From the NCBI GenBank assembly GCA_963667015.2, contig CAXXJJ010000001.1:2016001-2080000 (forward strand): a DNA stretch of 64,000 nt. Reading direction: 5' to 3'. The DNA comes from Desulfatiglandales bacterium. Lineage in GTDB: Bacteria; Desulfobacterota; DSM-4660; Desulfatiglandales; HGW-15. Numbering within the stretch: position 1 is the first letter of the stretch; each line of letters starts with the position of its first letter. Shown piece after piece: positions 37,908 to 48,522 of the stretch. A program made the position numbers and the translations under genes. The notes below the pieces were generated by a model. That model made no database searches. It was not told where the DNA came from and was given only the letters and a program-made list of their open reading frames with translations.

Positions 37908-40838
37908 ATGAAAGGTGAAAAAAGATTTTTTTTAATTTCAGCAATGTTAATCATTGCCTTTTTCGCATTTGCTTCCATTGCGTCAGCAGCGGTAAGCAAT
38001 GTGCGAGCTATTTTATGGCAGGGTGACCCTGGCAAATATCATTCAACTATAGCCGCCGAAGACAGCGGAAGCAGTGATATAGGGGATATATGGAACACAT
38101 CATCAGACAATACACTACGTGTTAAAAAGAATAACTCGTACACATATACTGCCTGGGTACGGGCAGTAATTGATTGGGGTTCAACAACTGAAACAGTATG
38201 TATTTATGATTATGCCGGTGGATCCTGTTCTGAGGAAAATTTATGTACTGCCAGCTATAGTAGTAGTACATTCGATACGAGTGCGGCCACAGGCGCTGCT
38301 GATGTCCCGGTTTCTATTGAATATGAAGTGCTCGACACATGTTCCAGTGGAGACAGTTATGAGTTTTTTCTTAATGGAGTCAGGTTGGGTGGTGCTTTTG
38401 CAGACGGTGATACCTGTACCTGCACTCCGGGCATTGATGTGTTAATACCGGATCCAGATTTTGCTACTACTTCTGATGACGATACCAGTACATCACTAAG
38501 AGGAGTCATCAATACTACTGACACAACCTCAGTCTGGTATAAATGGGTCTATGGCGATGGAGAAGAATCGGACATAATAGAACTGAGCGGTTCAACAAAA
38601 TACAATATTGATAAAAAGCATAATTATGTTGGATCAGTCGGAACACCTTTTGTAGCTCAACTGGTAGTTTCTAATTCCAGTGATCTGTCGAGCCCTGTTT
38701 CAGATAATTACCGGGTGAGAATTGAAGAAGATAACCTTAATACAAGAGTAAATATAGCTATTGATAAAGGTCTCTGGTATCTTTATAAAAATAACTATAA
38801 CAGCAGCTACTTACATACGTTTAACGAATCACCGTTTATGGCCTGGTACCAATCAGGCTATGGTCCCTTTTATGCCTCACCAACTGCCTCAGCTATTCAG
38901 GCATTTGCTATTAATAACCATAAAATAAACGGCAATGCAAATGATGACCCCTATGTAGAAGCTGTTCAACTTGGAATGAATTGGCTTATGCAGGGATATT
39001 ATTCCAGCTCTTCATATCCCATGTTAAGAACACGTTCAACCAGCGTACTTTATAGTGGTGATAATGCTTTGGGAATTGAGGTCTGTGACTATGGGCGGCG
39101 TCCTATTTATCAAGGCGGGCAGATCATGGATGCCATAATCGCATCAGGAGTTCTTCCCTCTGATGACACAGGGCGTGATTTCAGCGGTCGTGGGACTACA
39201 TGGTCCTATGGCGAATTAATGCAGGATATGGCTGATATGTATTCAGAAGGTCAATATGACGGTTCTTCCGGCTCTTATGGTATTATTGGTGGATGGCGTT
39301 ATGAATGGGGTGACTTTCCAGATAACTCGGCCTGCCAATGGGCTGCTATCGGTATGATCCCTGCTCAGAAAGCACCGTGGAACGTTTATGTGCCGGATTG
39401 GGTCAAATCCAGAAATGAAAACTGGTTGGCATACAGCCATTATTCATGGACATCTGGGGCATTGAACTACGGCGGTTTTGGGTATACAGGTTCGGGTTAT
39501 GGATGGGGAACATCTCCTTCAGGTATGGTCCAAATGGCCTTTGATGGTCAGATTGGTTATGATGATCCATCAACCGGAGCTGACGATCGTGACGTGAAAT
39601 GGCAGCGTACTGAGCTATATTTTGCTGCTAACTGGGCCAGCTTTCTTTCATCCAACAACACATATGGTTGGTATGCATTTGCTAAAGCAATGAGGCTTGC
39701 TTTGCCAAGAGCTGTTGAGCGTCTTGTCTACAATAATCTTGATTGGTATAATGGTTCTGATGATATACAAGGTTTAGCCGAAAGGATTGTAGCCGTACAA
39801 CAAGGCGATGGAAGTTGGAGTGGAAATTATTCAGAATTACCGCTGACTACAGCATGGATGGTCATCACTCTGCGTCCGGCTATTTTTGCGGCAGCACCAA
39901 TCGCATGCTTTGAAGCAGATCCGAATCCATCCTATGCAGACAGGCCTATTACCTTTGATCCCTACTGCTCTGATCATTCAGACAGCGCTAAGAACCGAGA
40001 CAATATTGTCAGTTATGAATGGGATTTTGATGAAGACGGAATCTATGATATAACAACAACTGATCCCGAAAAGGTAACCCATACTTTTGCCTGTGCATCA
40101 ATTCCATGTACATATCCTGTTACGCTTAGAGTTACCGATGATAGTGATCCTGCTCTCACTGCAACATCTACCAGTGACATCAAGATCACAAATCCGCCTC
40201 ATCCTCCGGTCGCAAATGTTGGTGGGCCTTACATGGTTTCACTCTGTGACGGTGATACGCTTGGATTAAACGGTTCAGGATCATATGATCCCAATGACGG
40301 TGAACATGAAGCCGGTTGTATGACATGTCCGGACGACACATTGACCGCCTGGAATTGGGACATTACAGGTGCTCCGTTCACTTATACAGATGAAACCGGT
40401 GAAACGATTACTGTTGATCCGTCAACCTATTTCAGTTCGGGTGGCCTGTACAATATCGGATTAAAGGTGGTTGATAATACATCTGAATCCTTCCCTGCAA
40501 GCGGGAGTGCTGATCTTTATGATGAGGATTTTGGTACTGTAGCCGTATACGAAGCCTGTATATGTGATCTTACTGCAAGGGTAAAGGATAAAGTTGTACA
40601 GATTGTATGGACTGATACCGAAGGTGGAGTTTATGACATCTACCGCAGTACTGAGGGTCCGAATTCAGGTTTTGAGCTGATTGCAAATGATCATGCCACA
40701 ACATATGCTACATACCTGGATCTGGATGTGGTAAATGGTACAACTTACTACTACAGGGTTGTTCCAAGTGGTAATGAACAGAATTGCGGCTCAAATGTAG
40801 CCACTGGAACACCTACTGCTAGAGTCAGAAGAAGATAG
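37908..40838 (+). CDS. Secreted protein: prenyltransferase/squalene-cyclase-like alpha-toroid domain + PKD domains + Fn3-like domain
   Basis: Sec signal; AIDKGLWYL, GGWRY...PDNSACQWAAIG, QQGDGSW (QW-type repeat); PKD motifs (YEWDFDEDG, VTLRVTDD, PVANVGGPY); GTTYYYRV. Confidence 0.78.
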   Translation: MKGEKRFFLISAMLIIAFFAFASIASAAVSNVRAILWQGDPGKYHSTIAAEDSGSSDIGDIWNTSSDNTLRVKKNNSYTYTAWVRAVIDWGSTTETVCIYDYAGGSCSEENLCTASYSSSTFDTSAATGAADVPVSIEYEVLDTCSSGDSYEFFLNGVRLGGAFADGDTCTCTPGIDVLIPDPDFATTSDDDTSTSLRGVINTTDTTSVWYKWVYGDGEESDIIELSGSTKYNIDKKHNYVGSVGTPFVAQLVVSNSSDLSSPVSDNYRVRIEEDNLNTRVNIAIDKGLWYLYKNNYNSSYLHTFNESPFMAWYQSGYGPFYASPTASAIQAFAINNHKINGNANDDPYVEAVQLGMNWLMQGYYSSSSYPMLRTRSTSVLYSGDNALGIEVCDYGRRPIYQGGQIMDAIIASGVLPSDDTGRDFSGRGTTWSYGELMQDMADMYSEGQYDGSSGSYGIIGGWRYEWGDFPDNSACQWAAIGMIPAQKAPWNVYVPDWVKSRNENWLAYSHYSWTSGALNYGGFGYTGSGYGWGTSPSGMVQMAFDGQIGYDDPSTGADDRDVKWQRTELYFAANWASFLSSNNTYGWYAFAKAMRLALPRAVERLVYNNLDWYNGSDDIQGLAERIVAVQQGDGSWSGNYSELPLTTAWMVITLRPAIFAAAPIACFEADPNPSYADRPITFDPYCSDHSDSAKNRDNIVSYEWDFDEDGIYDITTTDPEKVTHTFACASIPCTYPVTLRVTDDSDPALTATSTSDIKITNPPHPPVANVGGPYMVSLCDGDTLGLNGSGSYDPNDGEHEAGCMTCPDDTLTAWNWDITGAPFTYTDETGETITVDPSTYFSSGGLYNIGLKVVDNTSESFPASGSADLYDEDFGTVAVYEACICDLTARVKDKVVQIVWTDTEGGVYDIYRSTEGPNSGFELIANDHATTYATYLDLDVVNGTTYYYRVVPSGNEQNCGSNVATGTPTARVRRR

Positions 40839-40887
40839 AAGAGACGGTTTTATAATGCAGTATCTTCTGTTTTTATAAACATTAAAC

Positions 40888-40926
40888 TATAACAGCCGGG
40901 GATGCATATTGTTCCCGGCTGTTATA
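40888..40926 (+). terminator. Terminator hairpin
   Basis: TATAACAGCCGGG...CCCGGCTGTTATA. Confidence 0.75.
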
Positions 40927-41125
40927 ATTTATTTGAATACATTGTATGCCCATAATATTGACGGTAACAAAAATGGGCAACAGAAAATGATCTCTTTCAT
41001 GCCTTAAGATATAACTGGTATTCTCCGTTTTGGTATGAGATTTTGATTGACTTGAAAGCGATATAATCTCAACATATAAGGATAATAATAGTTCATATAT
41101 TAATTACTAATTAAAGGAATATCAT

Positions 41126-41923
41126 ATGTGCAGGTACTTCAAAAAAGTGAAAAAAAGCAATGATATCAATTTTTCAATATCAGTTTTAGTATTATTTATA
41201 GCTGTAATCATTGCTTTTACTGTAAGTGTTAATATTGTATGGGGATCCGGAGCAGTTGTAAAATTTCAGGAAGACAGGATAGATATAAAAGCCGAAAAAG
41301 TGCCGTTAATGGAAATAATGGTTGAAATAGCTAATAATACAGGATTGACTATAAGGACTGAAGATCCTCTGATAAATCCGGTATCTCTAAATTATAAATC
41401 CAATTCCATAGAGAAAAGCATAAAACGGTTACTGGCAGGCTATAACTATGCTATTGTATACAGTGAAATTGATAAAAGACCTGTACCCGTTGAATTAAAC
41501 ATATTCGGAAAAGGATCACTACGATTATTAAACAGTAAAAACGAAACTCCACAGCAGGCCCCCAAGCCCATGGATGAACACATGAAGAGATATTCCAATC
41601 AATGGTATGCTCAGCAGGTTCGTGATCCAAAAAAGTTACTAAAGGAAATATCAGTCGGGCAAGAGGGAAGAGAACCCGGTCAGCAAGGTATAGTTGTCAC
41701 AAAGCTTGAAAAAAAATCATTTTTTGATCAAATCGGTATCAGGGAAGGTGACAGGATAACCAATGTAGACGGTTATGAAATAAATTCGTCAAAAAAATTT
41801 ATTGAACGGCTTACTACCGCTAATAGAGAAACAAATATTATCAGGATAGAACGATTTAATAACGAAAACATTATAGATCCCATTTATATAGAACTGAATG
41901 GTAAAAAAAATCCAACTCCATAA
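41126..41923 (+). CDS. Exported protein with secretin-N-like domain and C-terminal PDZ domain (GspC-like)
   Basis: N-terminal hydrophobic helix; IDIKAEKVPLMEIMVEIANNTG; GIREGDRITNVDG PDZ motif. Confidence 0.6.
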   Translation: MCRYFKKVKKSNDINFSISVLVLFIAVIIAFTVSVNIVWGSGAVVKFQEDRIDIKAEKVPLMEIMVEIANNTGLTIRTEDPLINPVSLNYKSNSIEKSIKRLLAGYNYAIVYSEIDKRPVPVELNIFGKGSLRLLNSKNETPQQAPKPMDEHMKRYSNQWYAQQVRDPKKLLKEISVGQEGREPGQQGIVVTKLEKKSFFDQIGIREGDRITNVDGYEINSSKKFIERLTTANRETNIIRIERFNNENIIDPIYIELNGKKNPTP

Positions 41924-42202
41924 AATCTCGAGGCTTTGACAATATTACCCTTCCTGTATTCTTATGAACCAATCTGAATACAACTCAGGTGTAAATGAAA
42001 AAAGAATACAATATTTATTGAAAAGAAAGAATAAAATTAATTTATCTTGTCTGAAAACAGGTCATAGTGGTAATGTTTGTAAAATCAGATAGATATTTGA
42101 AATGATGATCTTAATGACTTTTAAAGTGCGTCGAAAAAAACCGCCTCAGTTGAATACACATATCAAAGACGGTTGAAAAATAATTGTTAGCAACGGAAAA
42201 CC

Positions 42203-43573
42203 ATGTCGTTTAAAATAAATAAACATATTCGCTATAGAATAATCGTTCCGTTTGTTTTACTCTTCACGGTTGCATCAATAGTTACCTGGGGTTCCTATGC
42301 CTATATGATAACCCGTTATATTGATGGAAATATCCAGAATCAGATGAATCAGATTGTGGATATTATCTCCGGATCAGGCTATACATTAAATTCCAATATC
42401 CTTATTAAGCTTAAAAAAATAATAAATGCCGAAATAATTTTTACTGACAGCCGGGGGAATGTCATTCAGTCTACAATACCTACTCCCGCTTCAATGCCTC
42501 CATCTGAAGATAATGTTATGAAGGATATTGTCTCGGGTGATGTAAAATATCGTTCAATATCCAAATCTCTTAACCTTTCCGGTTATGGTAAATCATACAT
42601 CTCATTATGGGTGTCTGCCAGAGAGATAAACCAGATCAAAACAAAGATTGTCTTTATTATGGGTCTGGTCAGTCTTTTAGGTGTATTTGCCATGGGTGTA
42701 ATCGGATTTTTTATTGCAAAGAGCATTACATCTCCTGTTGAAAATTTTGTTGAAGCAATAAAAGGGATTGATTCGGGTGAATCAGGAAAAAGAGTTGAAA
42801 TTGATTCAAAAGATGAGATAGGTCTCCTTGCTGAGGCCTTCAATAACATGATTGACAGAGTAAAGGATTCAGAAAAAAAACTGGTTGAGTCCGAGAAAAT
42901 GTCGGCAGCAGGACAGATAGCTGCCGGTTTTGCACATGAAATAAAGAATCCCCTGACAGGAATTAAGATGATGGCTCAGATTCTCCATCGTCGCCTGAAA
43001 GGACAGAATGAAAACCAGGAGGTTCTCATAAGTTTTTTAAAGGAGATAGGCAGGCTTGATCATATTATAAATGAGATTATTAATCGCGCGAGGCCGACTG
43101 ATCTTAATAGATCATGGGGTAATATAAATCATGGTATACAGGAAGTTCTTGATCTTGTAACTGAAGGTTATGCCGAGAACGGTATTGATATCAATTTGAA
43201 TCTTTCAGGTAACCTCCCTGATATTTATATTGATCACGATAAGATCAAACAGGTACTCTGGAACCTTATTTTAAACAGTCGCGAGGCTATGCCCCTTGGT
43301 GGCGTAATGGATATTTTTACAGGATTTAAGGGTGAGAAAGAAATTGAGGTTAGTGTTAGAGACACAGGCCATGGAATTAAGCAGGAAGATCTTGATCTCC
43401 TCTTTAAGCCTTTTTACACATCTAAACCCGAGGGTGTTGGCCTGGGATTAACAACAAGCAGAAAGATTATTGAAAAACACGGCGGAAAACTTTTCTTAAG
43501 AAACAGGACTAAAGGTGGAGCTGAGGCAGTATTCTGTTTGCCGATAAACATGAATGAGGATGTAAATGACTAA
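42203..43573 (+). CDS. HAMP-domain sensor histidine kinase
   Basis: Two TM; DEIGLLAEAFNNM (HAMP); AHEIKNPL (H box); NLILNSREAM, DTGHGI, GVGLGL. Confidence 0.95.
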   Translation: MSFKINKHIRYRIIVPFVLLFTVASIVTWGSYAYMITRYIDGNIQNQMNQIVDIISGSGYTLNSNILIKLKKIINAEIIFTDSRGNVIQSTIPTPASMPPSEDNVMKDIVSGDVKYRSISKSLNLSGYGKSYISLWVSAREINQIKTKIVFIMGLVSLLGVFAMGVIGFFIAKSITSPVENFVEAIKGIDSGESGKRVEIDSKDEIGLLAEAFNNMIDRVKDSEKKLVESEKMSAAGQIAAGFAHEIKNPLTGIKMMAQILHRRLKGQNENQEVLISFLKEIGRLDHIINEIINRARPTDLNRSWGNINHGIQEVLDLVTEGYAENGIDINLNLSGNLPDIYIDHDKIKQVLWNLILNSREAMPLGGVMDIFTGFKGEKEIEVSVRDTGHGIKQEDLDLLFKPFYTSKPEGVGLGLTTSRKIIEKHGGKLFLRNRTKGGAEAVFCLPINMNEDVND

Positions 43574-44987
43574 TGTACTGGTTGTTGACGATGAAAAAAT
43601 GATCCGCTATGCCTTTGAACAGTTTTTAAAAGATGAAGGTTATGAACCATTAATCGCATCCACGGCAGAAGATGCCTTAAGTATTATTAAAGGCAATAAT
43701 GCTCCGGACATTATTTTTCTTGATTACAGGCTGCCGGGGAAGGACGGGTTGGAATTACTTGAGGAGATCAGAGTAATTAATACTGAAATCAGTGTTGTTT
43801 TTATGACAGCATTCGGCGCGATGGATGTGGCTGTTAAGGCAATGCACGCCGGAGCTTATGAATATCTGGTCAAACCCCTGGATCTGGATAAAATAGGGAC
43901 ATTGATTAAGAGGATACGGGAAAATAAAAAATCTCTGGATAAATTTACTCAGTCCTCGGAAATTGGATTACCTCGCAGCGCTCCGGATCAAATTGTTGGA
44001 ACCGGTCCCTCAATGAATGAAATATTTAAAATGATCGGAATACTATCAGGCCAGGATGTAACCGTGTTGATAACAGGAGAAAGCGGAGTAGGAAAAGAGC
44101 TTGTTGCCAGGGCAATACATACAAACGGGCCAAGGCGCAATGCACCGTTTATTGCAGTGAATTGCGGCGCTGTACCGGAGAATCTTATTGAATCGGAAAT
44201 GTTTGGTTATGAAAAAGGCGCTTTTACCGGTGCTGATCGTCAAAAGCAGGGTAAATTCGAGGCTGCCGGTAATGGCACAATATTTCTGGATGAAATAGGT
44301 GAACTTCAGATGTCCCTGCAGGTAAAGCTTTTAAGAGTCCTTCAGGAACAGAGTTTTGAGCGTGTAGGAGGCAATGACAGCATTGCATCAAATGCCAGAA
44401 TTATTGCAGCCAGTAATAAGGATCTTCTTCTTGAGACAAAAAATAACAGGTTCAGAAAGGATCTTTTTTATCGCCTTCACCTGGTAAATATACAGATACC
44501 TCCGCTAAGAGAGCGAAGAGAAGATATTCCATCATTGATTGACCATTTTATCAGAGTATCAAATATAGATATGAATAGAAATGTCAGGGGTGTAACTGAA
44601 AAAGCCATGGAAAAACTTAAATCATGGTACTGGCCAGGTAATGTCAGAGAGTTGGAAAATATGATTAAACGTGCCATGGTTCTCTGCAGAGATGATGTAT
44701 TGCCTGATTATTTGTTTGAGACTGATATTGAATTATTAAATAAAAATAATCATTCATATGAAGATGATCTTGCAAGGGCAATAGAACAATATTTTGTAAT
44801 GCACAAGGACAGCCCTGACCCGAACGGCAATATATATGATTCAGCTACAGCTGTTATGGAAAAAACCCTGATTAAAGAAGCACTCAAAGTAACCGGTGGC
44901 AATCAGATGCATGCGGCACGTGTTCTGGGTATGAACAGGTCCACACTGAGAAAAAAAATCAGTAACTACTCTTTGCAGGAAGAATGA
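43566..44987 (+). CDS. Sigma54-dependent response regulator (NtrC/AtoC family)
   Basis: Receiver domain; GESGVGKE, GAFTGA, FLDEIGE, WPGNVRELEN; C-terminal Fis HTH. Confidence 0.96.
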   Translation: MTNVLVVDDEKMIRYAFEQFLKDEGYEPLIASTAEDALSIIKGNNAPDIIFLDYRLPGKDGLELLEEIRVINTEISVVFMTAFGAMDVAVKAMHAGAYEYLVKPLDLDKIGTLIKRIRENKKSLDKFTQSSEIGLPRSAPDQIVGTGPSMNEIFKMIGILSGQDVTVLITGESGVGKELVARAIHTNGPRRNAPFIAVNCGAVPENLIESEMFGYEKGAFTGADRQKQGKFEAAGNGTIFLDEIGELQMSLQVKLLRVLQEQSFERVGGNDSIASNARIIAASNKDLLLETKNNRFRKDLFYRLHLVNIQIPPLRERREDIPSLIDHFIRVSNIDMNRNVRGVTEKAMEKLKSWYWPGNVRELENMIKRAMVLCRDDVLPDYLFETDIELLNKNNHSYEDDLARAIEQYFVMHKDSPDPNGNIYDSATAVMEKTLIKEALKVTGGNQMHAARVLGMNRSTLRKKISNYSLQEE

Positions 44988-45160
44988 CACTATAAGTATG
45001 GTCGTTTATTGATACTTTTTATACAATAACTGATTAATAAATCCCAGTCTATCGCGATTTTAATATCCTTCCCGGTTTTTCAAATCTCCGGTAAATAATA
45101 AAAAGCACGTCTCTACTGGATTACAGCGATTGATCATCATTAAGTATATAAATTCTTTTG

Positions 45161-45176
45161 TGGCAGAATTTTTGCA
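45161..45176 (+). promoter_or_regulatory. Sigma54 promoter of the TonB-dependent receptor gene
   Basis: TGGCAGAATTTTTGCA, GG-N10-GC, 100 bp upstream of the ATG. Confidence 0.8.
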
Positions 45177-45275
45177 TATTACTAAATGATTAAGCAATTC
45201 CCAACATCAATCCGTTGGTAAAAAAATAGCTCATACGAATTATGTATTAGAGAATATGAAAAGTGGAGGTTGTAT

Positions 45276-47390
45276 ATGCTACGAATAACATCGCATTGCT
45301 CATATCTGATTCTTACTTTGATATTAATTTCCTCAGTAGTGTTCGCAGAAAATCCTGATGTCTATACTCTTGGAGTCGTTCATGTAACGGCAACAAGAAC
45401 TGAAAAAGATGAGATGCAAATTCCTGCTACTGTTTACGATATTTCATCCGAGGAATTGAATAATACAAAGATGGTAAGGTCAATGCCGGAGGCATTAAAG
45501 GAAATACCGGCTGTAATGGTTCAGAAAACATCTCACGGCCAGGGTTCTCCCTATGTAAGAGGTCTTACTGGTTTTAGAAATTTATTTTTAATTGACGGTA
45601 TCCGTTTAAACAATTCTGTGTTTCGTGATGGACCAAACCAGTACTGGAATACTGTTGATCCATTTTCACTTAAAAAAATAGAGATAGTGAAGGGCCCAGG
45701 TTCCGTATTGTATGGCAGTGATTCTGTGGGAGGCACAATAAATGTATTCACTAAAAGCCCTGTTTATATCAATGATGCCTATTCCCTGGGTGGAAGAATA
45801 TACGGGCGTTACTCCTATGGAGAAGATTCCTATATTGGGAGAGGCGAAGTAAGAGGCGGTAATAAAAAATTTGGATGGATTATGGGCTTTAGTCTAAAAG
45901 ATTTTGGGGATATTAAAGGTGGTGAAGATGTTGGAAAACAACTCCATACCGGATATGATGAATGGGACGGTGATTTAAAACTGGAATATAAAATAGATGA
46001 TGATTCAAAGCTGGTATTTGCTCATCAGCGAGTTAATATGGATGATGCATGGCGTACTCACAAAACCATTTATGGTATCAGTTGGGAAGGTACAAGTGTT
46101 GGAAACGAACAGGCGAGGATACTTGATCAGGATCGTAACCTTACCTATCTGCAATACTATGGAAAAAACCATGGAAATTTAATTGATAATATTAAGCTGA
46201 GTTTATCATATCATGAGCAGAAAGAAAGCAGATACAGATTAAGGTCAGATGATAGATCAGATATACAGGGATTGGATATAGGAACAATCGGCCTTTGGGG
46301 GCAGATTGATACTATACAGGATTACGGAACATGGACATATGGTCTGGAATATTATCATGATGATGTTGAGTCATCCAGCGTTAGTTATAACAGTGATGGT
46401 TCCTTGCGAAGCATTGAAATACAGGGACCTGTCGCAGATGATGCGGCATATGACCTTCTTGATTTATATATCCAGCTTGACATGCCTGTAACTGAATCAT
46501 TTAGCGTCATCACCGGTGCCAGATATACTTATGCCGGAATGAATGCCAAAAAAATTAAGGATCCTGTAACTGGTGAAAGAACATCATTTGAAGATGATTG
46601 GAACTCAATTGTAACCAGTACCCGTGTTTTATATCACATTGATAAAAATAATAACTATATAGTTTTTGCCGGGATATCTCAGGGTTTCAGAGCTCCAAAT
46701 CTTTCTGATATCACAAGACTGGACACTGCACGAAGTAATGAAATTGAAACAGCAGCCTTTGGTCTTAAACCTGAAAAATTTGTATCCTATGAAATTGGCC
46801 TGAAAAGCAGGTTCAATGATTTCTCTTCCCAGCTTGCTTATTTTTATACAGATATTGAAGATATGATTGTCAGGACCCCGACTGGAAACATTATCGATGG
46901 CAACCTTGAGGTAACGAAAAAGAATTCCGGAGACGGGTATATTAACGGTGTTGAGTTGAACCTTAACTGGGAGTTTTTAATGGATTTTACTGCCTATGGC
47001 AGTTTTGCGTGGACCTATGGTGAAGTGGATACTTACCCTACATCAGATCCTGTAACAGCGAGAGAACCAATTGACAGAATCATGCCGGTAACATATATGG
47101 CAGGTGTTAAATGGGCACCAATGGATAAATTTACAGTTGATATATATATGATCAGAGCCGAGGAACAGGATAAGCTGTCAACAAGAGATACAGGTGATAC
47201 TCAGAGAATTCCTCCAGAAGGGACTCCAGGTTACACTGTTTTTAATATCAGGTCTGCCTGGAATATCAGTGATTCATTGATGGCTTCTGTATCACTTGAA
47301 AACATTTTTAATGAGGATTACAGGGTACATGGTTCAGGCTTAAATGAAGTAGGAAGAAATCTTGTTGTAGGTATAGAGTACAGATTTTAA
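45276..47390 (+). CDS. TonB-dependent outer-membrane receptor
   Basis: VHVTATRTE; plug motifs SPYVRG, LFLIDGIR and IEIVKGPGSVLYG; GFRAPN; ENIFNEDY; C-terminal EYRF. Confidence 0.95.
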   Translation: MLRITSHCSYLILTLILISSVVFAENPDVYTLGVVHVTATRTEKDEMQIPATVYDISSEELNNTKMVRSMPEALKEIPAVMVQKTSHGQGSPYVRGLTGFRNLFLIDGIRLNNSVFRDGPNQYWNTVDPFSLKKIEIVKGPGSVLYGSDSVGGTINVFTKSPVYINDAYSLGGRIYGRYSYGEDSYIGRGEVRGGNKKFGWIMGFSLKDFGDIKGGEDVGKQLHTGYDEWDGDLKLEYKIDDDSKLVFAHQRVNMDDAWRTHKTIYGISWEGTSVGNEQARILDQDRNLTYLQYYGKNHGNLIDNIKLSLSYHEQKESRYRLRSDDRSDIQGLDIGTIGLWGQIDTIQDYGTWTYGLEYYHDDVESSSVSYNSDGSLRSIEIQGPVADDAAYDLLDLYIQLDMPVTESFSVITGARYTYAGMNAKKIKDPVTGERTSFEDDWNSIVTSTRVLYHIDKNNNYIVFAGISQGFRAPNLSDITRLDTARSNEIETAAFGLKPEKFVSYEIGLKSRFNDFSSQLAYFYTDIEDMIVRTPTGNIIDGNLEVTKKNSGDGYINGVELNLNWEFLMDFTAYGSFAWTYGEVDTYPTSDPVTAREPIDRIMPVTYMAGVKWAPMDKFTVDIYMIRAEEQDKLSTRDTGDTQRIPPEGTPGYTVFNIRSAWNISDSLMASVSLENIFNEDYRVHGSGLNEVGRNLVVGIEYRF

Positions 47391-47779
47391 TAAACGATTA
47401 AGTGGTATATTTTATACAGCTGTGAGTATTTTTTGTCATAATTTAATGTTGAAATACAATGAAGAATTTTATGCTGTTGTAACTAGCTGTTTTTAAACAA
47501 AAATAAAAATTAAATTAACTCTATGTGATGGCACGTATATTGCTTTAATATTTTATACGTTTCCCCGAGCGTAAGAAAATATATATTCCCAAATAAAAAA
47601 ATACATACAAATTTTATTTTTTGTGTGTATTTTTTTTCATTATAATTATTGTATAATTTCAAAGTCCCCTTTAAAGTATTGGAACCATTTGTAATTGTAA
47701 AGATTATTGTCGGTATTATTGTATGTTCTTGTACGATTGCACGCTCCATCCAATAATAAAATTATTCAGGAGGATAGAA

Positions 47780-48508
47780 ATGAAGAAGGTTCATATTGTA
47801 GTCTCTGTTCTTATTTTTATGGTTTTTGTATTTTCTGCAGATGCACAGGATTTGGATAGTAAAAAAACTCCAGGGCCCTCATTTGTTGGTGATATGCGCC
47901 AAGATGTACCAGGGGAAAGTCCTGTAATTAAAATGATCAAACCAGGTGTGTTTGAAATAGGTAGTGTACGTCTTGATAAAGAGATGGGTATTGTTGAATT
48001 TGATGCGGTTATAAATATGAATAAGGGATTACTTGAGTATTTATTGGTTGGAAAAAGTGGTAAACTTCATGAAAGTCTCTTACGAACAGATGTTGAACCC
48101 TTTGATCTGCAGATAGCCCTGTTAATGATTGGATTGGAAGGAACAATGAATCCATTAGCAGGACAAGGAGATACAAGAATACCAAGCGGGGATCCAGTTA
48201 AAATAATTTTAAAAATAAATAAGAATGGTAAAATAAAAGATCTGCCAGTTGAGTCTTTGATATACACCAAAGGCAAAGATAAGAAAATAGAATCCATAGA
48301 TTGGGTTTTTACCGGATCAATAGTTGAAAATGGTATTTTTATGGCACAGGCAGAAAAGTCCATTGTTGCCCTTTATCATGACCCGATAGCAATGTTTGAT
48401 AATAAAAGTACAGAAGGTGCAAGTGATGAAGTATGGTCTGTTAATTCATTAACTGTGCCACCGGTTGGGACTAAGGTGACGGTAACAATTAAAGCGATTT
48501 CGAATTAA
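47780..48508 (+). CDS. Exported YdjY-domain-like protein
   Basis: Sec signal; LEYLLV..SGKLHESLLRT and WVFTGS motifs; paralog of 55937-56659. Confidence 0.65.
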   Translation: MKKVHIVVSVLIFMVFVFSADAQDLDSKKTPGPSFVGDMRQDVPGESPVIKMIKPGVFEIGSVRLDKEMGIVEFDAVINMNKGLLEYLLVGKSGKLHESLLRTDVEPFDLQIALLMIGLEGTMNPLAGQGDTRIPSGDPVKIILKINKNGKIKDLPVESLIYTKGKDKKIESIDWVFTGSIVENGIFMAQAEKSIVALYHDPIAMFDNKSTEGASDEVWSVNSLTVPPVGTKVTVTIKAISN

Positions 48509-48522
48509 AGGAGATTAAAGAT

